Shown here piece by piece: positions 1-12,100 of a stretch of 41,593 nucleotides of DNA. The position numbers and the translations under genes were made by a program. Under the pieces are notes generated by a model. That model searched no databases, was not told the origin of the DNA, and saw nothing but the letters and a program-made list of their open reading frames with translations. Each line of letters opens with the position of its first letter. Within the stretch, counting starts at the first letter, position 1. Source of the DNA: an uncultured Roseiflexaceae bacterium (GTDB lineage: Bacteria > Chloroflexota > Chloroflexia > Chloroflexales > Roseiflexaceae); contig CAIPUQ010000290.1 of the NCBI GenBank assembly GCA_903868295.1, positions 1-41,593 of the forward strand, given 5' to 3'.

Positions 1-183
1 AACTTTGATTTCAACGGTGCCGCATTTGTCGACCACTTTGCACGGCTGCTCAAGGCTGATGCAGCACGGGGTGTATCGTACAACCAAGAATGGCACGCAA
101 TTGCACAATCTGCGACGTTCCGCAAAGCAACCGGGGATGGCATCCTCGAAGTAGATGCTGACGGTCTCCCCAAAAGCTTACAC

Positions 184-3100
184 ATGGACATTCTTATCCC
201 CGGTGATACAAAAACAGGCGCGAGTCGTACCGCAATCCACACAACGTTTTTTGCATATGCACGGACAGGTTTGGCACTGCAAAAGATGCTCAACAATCCG
301 TTGCGCATGGTCAGCCTATGGGTAGGCAGTGATGTACCAACCGTAGGGCTCTGGATCCTTCGGGTGAGCGCGTTGCTCGCGTTAGCCGGGATGAGCTATG
401 TGGTCATCGCATTTCGGCGGCGGTTGATGGCGCCGTTGACCTTTGTCTTTATCGGGGTATTGATCTACCAGCCATTTAGCACAGTGCCGCGTGCATCTGC
501 AGCGACGCAACAAGCCCCCACCCCCATTGCAGTGGCCCAATCCGGCAACACCACACCAGCAGCCCCACAAGTGTTTAATCCCCTGGTTGCCCCGGTACAG
601 CAGTTCGGCGGTATCGTGTTGCCTTCGGCAGGAACGGCAACTGTCGGCGAAAGTACTGCGGCAGTTTTGCCAAATGGTCGCGCGGACTTCACCAGTCGTG
701 CAGCGAACGGTGAGGTCGATACTGATTCAGACAGACTCTCCGATACTGACGAACAGGCACGCCAAACCAGCACCACCAAAAGTGATACCGACAACGATGG
801 GTTGACGGACTACGATGAAGTACAACTCGGTACCAACCCGCTCAGTTCCGACGCAGACAAAGATACCTTGAGCGATAGTGCAGAAATTCAGCTCGGAACC
901 AATCCCAACAGTGCAGATACGGATCTCGACGGCCTGACCGACACCGTCGAAGTAAAGTCTTTCACTCAGTACCCTGGCTCGGTGAACAAGTTCTACAGCA
1001 ACCCGGTGGTCGCAGACACCAATGGTGATGGACTCTATGACGGGCTAGAATGCGTCGAAAAGACTGTCACAAACTCAGCACGCTGTACGGACACCAACGG
1101 AGACGGTGTCCCGAACTTTGTGAGCTTTGACAATGACGGTGATAAAGTCCCAGACCAAGCCGACCTTTCGCCCAACGATGCGAGTGCGATCACGTACACA
1201 GACGCGAACCCGTACGGATTCAAAATCCTCAATACCGCCTTAACGTCCAAACCTCTTACCGTTGACATACAGATTCGTCCTGCCAAAGATGCACTCTTGT
1301 ATGCAAACAATGCCATCTACGATTGGCCGACTGCAGACAAAGACGGCCAAATCCAACGGGGCAAAACAACGACATTTGCCTCAAGCACGGTGTTTAACGC
1401 AACAGACGCAACTGCGAGCAACGGCGACATCAAAGTCACCGCAATGCTCGAAATTCGTATCCCCGTCAGTTCTGGTCAATACGGCAACCTGCCGACCAAA
1501 GCTTGCCCTGCAGATTTGACCAATATCGTGAAGCTCAACCCTGCAGACGCAAACTCGTGTGTAGATACGAGCAAGACGAACCCATACGGCTTGAGCATAG
1601 GATGGAGCCGTGACACACAAGGCAACTCCAAGACAAACGAAGTAACGATCAGCAGTCCACTCAACCCCGATTACGACATCAGCGGATCGATTGTCGCGTA
1701 CTCAACCAAAATGTACTACCAGACTGGCGCACAAGCCTGGACAACGAACCACCAAGTACGGTTGCAATGGCTCGTCTCTTCGATTCAGGACAGTTGCCCG
1801 GCAGACAAAGTCGAGTGTACCGATGCCGAACGCGTCGAGTTTAGCTCCCTCCTGCAAAGTTACTATGGTGATTGGAATCTCGTCGGGATGCAGGCAACGG
1901 AAAATCTCGGTGCCAAAGCAACACTCGTCTACGAAGATGTCACAAAAGCCGAAGTAAATGATGACAGCAAACGCCGCTTGGCAATTACACAATTGGCAAA
2001 TGTAGTCAAAAACAGCTTTGTGGACTTGCCTTTTCTCCAGATAAGCGGAACCGATACCGACAAATCCCTCTCCGTTTTGTTTGACAACACGCGCAACACA
2101 GCCGCTGCTGTCGCCACGACTGCCTATGGCATCAACAAAAGTTCCACTCGGGCATCTACATTTACATACGACACCATGCTCCACATGGTGGCAGTCAATA
2201 CGACCGAAATACCAAAAATTCTGAATGCCTCGCTCTGCCGCAAAAATACGAAAGCCGATGCATGCGCAGAGGCAGCGACGTATCGAGCGGCATGCGAATC
2301 CAAAACCACCATCGAATGTCGCTTGGGTATGGTTATCGCAACCGAAACCACCGAACGTAACGTTTCGTTGTCGTTCAGTGACAATAAACTCGACTTTTTG
2401 AATGAAGACGAAACCATATCACGCACGACCAATGGACTCATGTATCGGGTCAAAGGTGGGCAATGGGTGGCAGTGACTGATTCGGAAGATGTTGCAACCG
2501 AGCTTTCGCTCGTGCAGCAGCAATTTGTGCGTGGCGCTACCCCGACAGCACTGACCGAAAAAGAGTGGAACACCCTCAACCAGACCCTTCTGCTTGCAAC
2601 ATTGACATCGTTTGGTACACCAGTGGCCAAGGGCTACAAAAAATCGCAGATATCAGCAATCCTCGCCGGTGTCACCAAAGCGCGCTTCACCACTGGCATA
2701 AAGACGTTGTGGGGTGACGAAATCACCAACACGTACACCACGTATGCACCATTCATCAATAAGCAGATTATGCAGTTCCGTCTGGCAAGTGTAGCCGGCG
2801 CTTCAAAAATGTCAGACTCTGCGACCAACATTGGAAATAGCTTCGAGGTTGCCGTCTCTGTCATCCCTGCATTAACGGAGGCAGTAGCCGATGTGACTGC
2901 AGGCTTAGCGGACATTTCCCTAAAGAGCAAAGCCAGCATTCTCGTAGCCGCCATCGCGACGTTCAATGCAGCATTTAGCCTCGGAACAACCTTTGACGCG
3001 AGCGGGACTGTAAGCCCGAAGATGCAAGCATTGTTGATTAACAGTGTGAATCTCGTTTTGGCAGTGCGCGAGACGGTCAACGCAGTTAAAGCAGTATCTG

Positions 3101-6100
3101 CTGCAGTGAAGGCAGCGGGCAGTCTGTCGGGCGCAATGACCAAAGCCGCCAGTGTTGCGGCTACCGCGGCCAAAGCAGGAACCGCTGCGAAATTCATGAA
3201 AGTCCTCGGCCCGGTCATGATCGGGCTGGCAATTGCAGCCACCTGGGCAGTCGGGATTATCGCTGCAATCAATGCCGAGTACGGTTGGCAAAAAGGCAAC
3301 GCTATCGCCGGCATGATTGGTCAGACCATTGCGATTCTGTTTGTCCTCGCGCTGACGGCGATACCGGTGGTCGGTCAAATCATTGGTGCGGTCATCGCCG
3401 TCTTGGACGCGCTTGCAGCGATCGCCTGTGCGACGTTGAGCGAAAAAGAACAACGAAGCACTGCGGGCAAATGGCTGTGTGGCGGCATCACAGGCATCCT
3501 GGCGAATTTCTTTACGCCGTATGCTTCGAATATTGTGGTGGACCCAGATGATCCTTGGTCACGGTACATGAAGGTTGATGGCGTCAGCCCCCAAATCAAA
3601 AACCCGTCCGCGGGGTTCAGGGTTGGCAATAGCATGACCAACGGCATCAAGGTAACCGATTACATTGAACGCATGCCGTTCCCCTCAACATGGATGGCAT
3701 TGCCATGGTTTTGGCAATGGAATCGTCAAGATACCCGCGACGCATCGTTCAACTATGCACTCAACCCGGCGCAAATCAACATGAGTGGCAGCATTTCGAC
3801 AGGTAGCCAGCGTGGGCAGTGGACTGCGAACAGCTACTGCGATTCGGCGGTTGAGGGTTGCGAATATTATGTCGACGGAGAAAAAACGTACCAATATCGC
3901 AAATCCGTCACCATCAACTATGATGCGCCGTTTGATAGCAGCGGCATCAATGTGAGCCAACCGGATTTATACCTTTCGACGGCCTACAAAGTACCGCAAC
4001 AGACCTGTTTTCTCCTCTTTATATTTATCGCCGTTATCCCCATTTGTTATATCGAGACACACACCGGCAACCCGAAGTACATCAACATCAATGAAACCTC
4101 CAAAACGAAATACGACATCTTCCCAGCAACGTTCGAAGAGTTTATTGCGTTGCGTGCTGATGCACAAGGATATACGTTTGCCTGGTCACCACTCGATGCA
4201 GTCCCGGCCTTCCCGACCTTCATCGATGCAGACAACGATGGGCTCAGCAATGCCATCGAAGTCACGATGGGCAGCCGCGATAACGCATATGACAGTGATG
4301 CAGATGGTGTGGCTGACAATCGTGAAAAAGCTATCGGTACCCTTGCCGGCAACCCCGACACCGACAATGACGGTTTGACCGACGCCCAAGAAGCGCAGTT
4401 CAAAACAGACCCCGTTGCAGCTGACACCGACGGTGACGGATTGTTGGATGGCGAAGAAGTCGTCCACATGCGCAATGGTGTGGTCACTGGTGGCTGGGAT
4501 GTTGTCTACGCAATCGTCGATGGCGTGCCCAGTATGACCTGGACGGGGTCGGACCCCAACAGTGCCGACGCGGATAACGACGGCATCATCGACCTCCGTG
4601 AGAAAGTCCTCGGCTGGAGTCCCTACGCCAAAAACAGCGGCGAAATCCTGGCGGTCAACGGAGGCCTGCGTGAAGCGCTCGCACCATTGATCCAAGTCGG
4701 CTTTGAACGCCAAGCCACTGGCGCATTTGTGGGCAACGGCAGTGCCGCAACAACCCTGCGTTGTATCGGTACATGCCCAGCAATCAACGCAACTGAGCGC
4801 CGAGGCAACCCCCATTCGGTATTTACTGGCGCACAAGGACTGAGCGCAGGCACAGGCAATCAGTCACTTTTTTCGACCCAATTCACCTTGTCACTCTCAC
4901 TCAAACCGACCGTTGCCGCCTATCAGACACTGTTTAACCAATTCGGGCATGTGGCAGTTCTCCGCACCGCAACTGGTGCTATTCGTGTCATGCTCGAAAC
5001 AACAAACGGCATTGTAGACTTTACCTCCGCCCCTATTGTGCCGATCAACCGCTGGTCACACTTGGCAGTTACCTACGGCGATTCGGCATTGGTCATCTAT
5101 GTCGATGGCGTCGAAGCAACCCGGACGAAGGTAGGCACAATCCTGCGTGACACTGTCGTTTCGGATAGCGAATTGACCATCGGCTCGTACACCCTCAATT
5201 ACGTACCAAAGTTTGTCGGTGGCATCGATGATGTCGCGGTGTATCAGATTGCATTGCGTCCCACCGAAGTCGCGATGCTCAAAAACGGCACATTGCCGAA
5301 CAGTAGCGACTTCGTGGTCCGTCCCGGCGATCGGGTGACCTACAGTGTAAACTCGACCAATAAGCTGCTCGGGCGGAGCATGCAAGGATTGACAACGGTA
5401 ACCGGTACATCAGAGAAAAACGCATACAGCACCGACAAAACCATTGCCATGGGCTTGGCAGCAGCGGCGACATCGTCATTCGATGGCACGTTCGCCGTAC
5501 CGGGATCAGTCAACAACGCAACTAGTCAATCCGTGTACACCAACAGTTGTGTGTTTGCGGATAATCAGCTTTGTGTCAAATTCGACGAAGTTCCCGCTAG
5601 TTATCCGTTTTCGTTTACCGATGTCTCTGCCAACGAAAGCCATTTGACCTGCGCGAGCGCGGTCGCATGTCCACAATACACCGCGAGCGACGGAAGCTGG
5701 CGCTTCACCAGTAATACTGCACTCAGCACTACCCCAGCCGTAGGCAACACCATTAGCTTCCAAGACATGTCGATAGCGCTGTGGGTCCGTCCCGAAGGCC
5801 AGTCAACGGCCACACGCACCATTGTGCAGAGTTCCAACACTGGCGCACCGCTGCAGGTTGCACTCGCACTCGAAAAACCCATCTTTACACTCGGTGGCTC
5901 GACCCTTAGTGCACCAAACGCCTTGCCACTCAACACATGGGCGCACCTTGCCTTTGTGCTCGAAAAACAAAAACGTAGCATTTATGTGAACGGAATATTG
6001 GTTGCCTCCGAAAGCACTCCAGTTGCATACCCAGGCAGCTTTGGCAGCCTGCGCATCGGGCGCGACGCGGCAGCCAATTCGTTTGCCGGTAGCTTACGCG

Positions 6101-9100
6101 ACATCCAGATTCAGAGCCGTTCACTATCAGCTCAACAGCTGCGGATGCTCGCAAACACCTGTGAAGATCCGGCCTTGATGTCGTGTCTCCCCCTTGTTGC
6201 TGCGGACGGCACCACAGACTACAGCACGTATGGTCAGACGCAGAGTGTCTCGGTGAGCGGCGCTGAGGTGAACAACTTCACATCGGCTGCGCAGTACCCG
6301 ACGGGTTTTGCGACGTTGTTGACCAATCATGATTTCACCCTCATCACGAAAGTAAAAATCGCAGCCCTGACGCAGATCATCGCGCAGACGGGGACCGCGG
6401 TGAGTGGTGGCAACCAATTCAAACTCTGGGTGAACAACGGCGTGCCCACACTGACCATGGGGAGTGTCAGCGCAACCACGACGGCCCGGATGGCGGTCGG
6501 CAGTTGGTATGTCATAGCAGCACGGGTCAGCAATGGCACGCTGGCATTGCGGCTGATTACTGCGACGGGCGAAACCTCGGGTGCACAGCGAACTGGCGAT
6601 GCATTGCTCAAGGGGCAAGAACCGTTGACGTTTGGTGCGAGTGCAATGAATCTCGATGCGTTCCGTCTGTATCGCACGGCTGTTTCAGATGCAACGATAT
6701 TGGCTGTTGCACAGTATGCCCTCAACGGCCGTTTGACGGTCGGATTGAATCGCCCGCCAGTGTCCGATCAGATGGACGTGAGTGTCGATGCCCGCCCCAA
6801 AATCATCGTCCCCGATGCAAATTTCGAGCGCATGCCCGATACCTGTAGTGCAATGACTGCCGCCGTCTGTTTGCCGTTCACCTCGGCCAACTATGGATTT
6901 AACGCTTCCTATACGGCATCGGCAACTGCGACACAATCGACGTATTATGGTTTAGGCTTCGTCGCAAGTCATGCAATCGACAATAATGTAGGAACAATTA
7001 CACATACGGGCTTAGTATGGATATTCCCTGAAAACAAGCCCTGGCTCGAAATAGACCTCGGCAGTGTCAAGCCAATCCATACCATACAGGTGTCTAATCG
7101 GACAGACTGTTGTTCAGAACGATTGAATTCTGCCATTGTATTTTTGGGCAACACGAGTTTCGGGCGCGAGAGTGACCTCAATCGCAACGCTGCAAATGCG
7201 GTTGCATGGCGTAGTGTGTTTTGTAACACGGCGAGTTTGAGTTGTAACGGGAGTGCCCCGGTCAGCACGGTCACCTTCCCCGATGGAACGGCAGCACGCT
7301 ACGTCCGTATTCAGTTGCAGGGAATGAATTTTCTCCACGTACGAGAAGTCGCTGTCAACGGGAAATTCTTCTCGTGTGAACAAGACGGGACCTGCCCGAC
7401 TGTATCCAACGGCGGGACCGAATTTGTATCGGGACGCCGCATTGGGATGTCTCAAACATCGTCGAAAACCATTTTTGAAGGTGATAAGAATTTCACCGTG
7501 ATGGGGTGGTTCAAATTCAACAATCCAGCCGCCGAATCATTGATTGTCGGCGACAATGCGGACGTAACCAGTGCATTCAATCGACTCAAAATCGGGGTCA
7601 AATCCAATCGGATGTTCATGTCGTTTGGTGGTTCGTCCGAACAGCTTGGATCAGCCACAGGCACCATCACAGCAAACACGTGGCATCACCTTGCATATGT
7701 GAAAAGTGGTCGCACTACCACCATGTACTTCAACGGCATCGAAGTAGCGAATGCCACTGCCAGCGGCACTGCGAACCTCACCGGGGTCCGGCAGGTGACC
7801 ATTGGAGCAACCAACACGGGTGAAGCGAATCTCAATGGTCTGATGCGGAACTTCGAGATTCACACCGCAGCGCTCACCCCGAGCCAAATCACCACCGTTG
7901 CAGAATCGCCTGTGTATGAGTTGCGCTTTGCACTCGACGAACCAGCTTTGAGTACCACATTTGGCGAAACAACTTCGTCTGCGGTCGCCCTGACCTGCCT
8001 TTCTGCCTGCCCGATGAGTGGAGTGCCAGGCCGCGATGCGACCGCACTCCGTTTCGATGGCACACAAAGCCTCGCTCCCAAAACCAGCGAAACGACACAG
8101 ATGATGTCGTACCTCATGCCGCGGACGACTATACCGTGGTCATGGTCACCTCCCGTTGATTCGCTGTCGTACACCGTCGGCTTGTGGGTCAAACCGACAA
8201 CACACAACAGCTGGCTGATTGGGAATACGTCATCACTCCAGCCACTGCGGCTGGGAATCAATGCAAACGGTGCAGTTACGTTCGAGCGTTCGAAGGAATG
8301 TTGGCAGCAACTTTGGGTATATATTGGGTACACGTGTTACTCATCAACACCGTTGGTGTCAGTGGCAACACTTCCGATCAACACCTGGTCACATGTGGTG
8401 GTGTCGGTGGTGAACGGTAACGAAATGATTTCGGTGAACGGCATCGCAACGACACGGAGCAATGCGCAAACGACGAGTTACCGCGGCGCTTCATTGACCC
8501 AAACAGCTCTGACATTCGGTGAAGGCTTCGTGGGTGAACTCGATGACATCACGATTTCGTCTGTCCCCACCACGTCAGGCAGCGCTGCAACGGCATTGAC
8601 CAAGCAATCACCCAGCTGGAATTTGCGCTTCGAAGAGACACTGAATTCGGAACAAATCACCGTCGCAAACGGGATCACCAAAACGGAGCAAATCGATTCG
8701 GTCGCACTCCCTGATGGTACCTATGGACGGAGTGGCATTCAACGCTACCTGTACGCAGCAAGCTGCAATCTGCCAGAAATCACCGGTGCGCAATGCCCCG
8801 TCGGCGACACCCGTGGTATGGCAGGCGTTGCTGATACCTTCAATGGCCGCAATACGCTGATGACCGTGTCAAATGGTCTCGGCATCACCCAAGATATTGC
8901 CGCCGGCGGTACCTTCCAGCTGATGATCAAGCCGGAACAATTGACCGGGACGCAGACGATTCTGTCCTACGGGAATGCAACCGGCACCGATTCATGGCGC
9001 GTACAGATTGTCGATGGCAAAGTACGCTTTGCGTTGGGAACACGGACGTTTACTGCCAGCAACAAACTCGCACCAGCATGGAATCATGTTGCGTTTAGCT

Positions 9101-12100
9101 TTTCTACTGGAGCAGGGTCGAAAGCAACACTCTATCAAAACGGGAACGAAGATGCCGCGATGGTTTCTTCAACCAGTGGTGATATCGCTTCATTGGGCGC
9201 AAACAATGCATATAAGTTCCGCATCGGCGGCAAAATACTGAATGGGGCTTTCCACGAGATGTTCCGTGGGGGGATTGACGATATCACCCTCACCCCAAGC
9301 AAAATCCCGAACCCCAAAGCATTCCGCATTGCACGCAGTCAGTTTTCGCAGTCCTTTGCAAAAGCGAAGCTCGGCTCGATAACAATCGATGCTGACGTAC
9401 CGACGATCAAGATCACCAATCCCCAGTATGTATCACGGCTCCCACAACAGTTCATCGTCGAAACGAATGACAGCAGTTCATACATCAGCCGTGTAACTGC
9501 AGGTATCACCAGTACGCTCAGTGCGACCGGAGCGATTGTATCCGCAACGACTGCGGCTATCGCAGCACCGGTTTGTGCTGACGCCGCCGCGGGCAAATCG
9601 TATTGTCCAACGTTCGAAGTTTCGCAGTCCCCGAGCAGACCGGTCGAAGGGAAGTACGGCATCATTTTTAATGCATATGACGCTGTCAACAATCGTGCAT
9701 ACGGTCAATCGATGATTCTCGTCGATACAACGGCACCACGTAGCGGCAGCGTTTCGTTGATCCGCCCTACAGGGACCTATACCACGACCCGTGAAGCAAA
9801 CGCCCCATATCACAGCATATTGGTCAACATCGCAGCATCGGACCCGGCCCTTACCAATGCCGGCGGCATGCCCGGGAGCGGTGTGGCAGCGGTATATGTG
9901 AACATAAAAGACAACAGCGGTCGCACCATCAACACCATGCCCATCCCCGCAACAAAGCGTGGAAGTGTATGGCGCGCTCGCATGGAGTTGCCCTTTGGGA
10001 ACCCTTCGGGGTACTATCAGCTAGCGGTGATTGCGCGTGATGCCGTAGGCAATCAAAGCACCGAAATCACCATTGCAGATGCAAGCAACCCAATTCATGT
10101 CGACGGTAGTGCTCCACGCGACACCGTTGCGTTCCCGTCACCCTATGATGCGAACCAATATTTCGTCGGCAACGAACAGCTGTCTGGCCGCATTTCGGAC
10201 TTTACCGACGGACGTGCGCCGCTCGCCGAGGGGATGCGGATTCGCGTCGATTTCAATGCTCCAGATGGCACGAAAGCGTTCGACAACCGTGCCGATAACC
10301 GCTACAACATCAGCTGTGCGACATGTCCAATCATTGGGGTAGATTCGACCGACACCACACGACGCGTCGCGCGTTTCAATATCGACGCACCATCGCAGCA
10401 TCTCATCATCACCAACGGTGCGACGGTAATAACCGGAACGTTCAGTATCGTTATAAACGCCAAGATAACCAACAATGGCACCTTGGTCAGCGCTGGTATT
10501 GCGAGTAACCCGCGGTTCAGGCTTCGTGCAGAACGTGCCGGTACCTCCTACCGGGTAGTCGCACAACGTGGGACAACGAGTGTGGCAACACCAGGTACGT
10601 TACGTGCGAATACGTGGTACACGTTTATTTACAACGAGTTCCGCAACGGGACCGTCCCAACGATGACCCTCTGGTATGGCACAGACCTTCGTGCCATGCA
10701 GAGTGCGCCGACCACGTCATCGGTGAGCAAACCGATTGGAACACCCGGCAACACACCGGTGATGGCCGACATCACGTTGGGAGCAATGCAATCGTCTGCA
10801 CTCACTGCTGCACGGGAAGATTTCTTCCGCGGTAGCCTCGATGACTTCATCCTGTCTTCAACAATCATCAGCCCACGTGACCTCATCGGGCCGAGCGTCA
10901 GTGTAGGCAGTGCCGCGACCCGGCATCAAACCAGACTTGCCATCGAAGAAGACGCCGTAACCCAGACTGATGGTCTGGCCGATTTGGCAGAATTCTATCA
11001 ACCGATGAACCAGACGAGCCTGCCGATGGTCGATAGTTTGAATGGGACACGGAGTTCACGTTGTATTGCCGGCTTTACCATTGACACCAGTACATGTTCA
11101 GCAGTTACTCCTGGCTTCAGCAGTAATGCACTGACTGCGGCTGTTGCCACTGACGGTGTGCAAAGTGGGTACGTGCTCACGACGACCGCGACGACCCAAA
11201 AGACCATTGCAACCCGTATAAAGCTGAATGCAGATTCCCAGTCTGGGCTGCTTTGGTGGCTACAACCGGACGCAACGTCAGATTCGTTGGCGTTCCAAGT
11301 CACATACGACCGTACACTCCAGCAACTAGGGTTTGTGCTCAATGACCGAGACGCTGCGTACGTTCGTACTACAGACACCGCCGTCACTATCGATGACGAT
11401 GCATGGCATACCGTCATGCTCACCACGGTGGGGACTACTGTCGGCGAAGACGTTACCATCTACGTGGACGGTGTCCAAATCCTCAAGACGACAGTCCCTG
11501 GTCATTGGAACGGTGCCACTCTCGGTATCGGAGCACTGACAGGGGTAACCGGATATACCAATCGCGGGAGCATCAGCCAGGCTGCAACCGGAGGCATGGT
11601 CGACGATCTTGCGGTCTTCTCGCAAGCACTCACCACACCAAACATGGTCGCGTATGGCTTTGGCTACAGCACCGTATTGCATGTACCGCTGGATGACGCC
11701 AACATCGTTGCGGGTGCGCAGATTATCGACGCATCTCCATTCGGCCATGCAGGTGTCGTACGCAGTAGCGGTGCCCTGCGCACCGTCATTGGGACCGTTG
11801 GTACGGCCGCACTAAATACTGCGGCAACCGATCGTCTCGAAGTGATTGACGCCAACGGGATTAGCTTCGCGGCACCAGATACTGCCTGGAGCATGTCGGC
11901 ATGGGTAAAGCCAACTGCCAACAACCAGACAGCTACTATTGTCACAGGCACAAATCAAGGGTACCAATACAGACTTTCTACGAACGCAGGTAAACCACGA
12001 TTTGAGATGTCGGGCATTGATGTGCAATCAAACGTCGCTCTTTCAAGCGCCGTTGCAAGCAACGTCGTCGTCTCGAACGACGGGGCGATTGTCAAACTCA

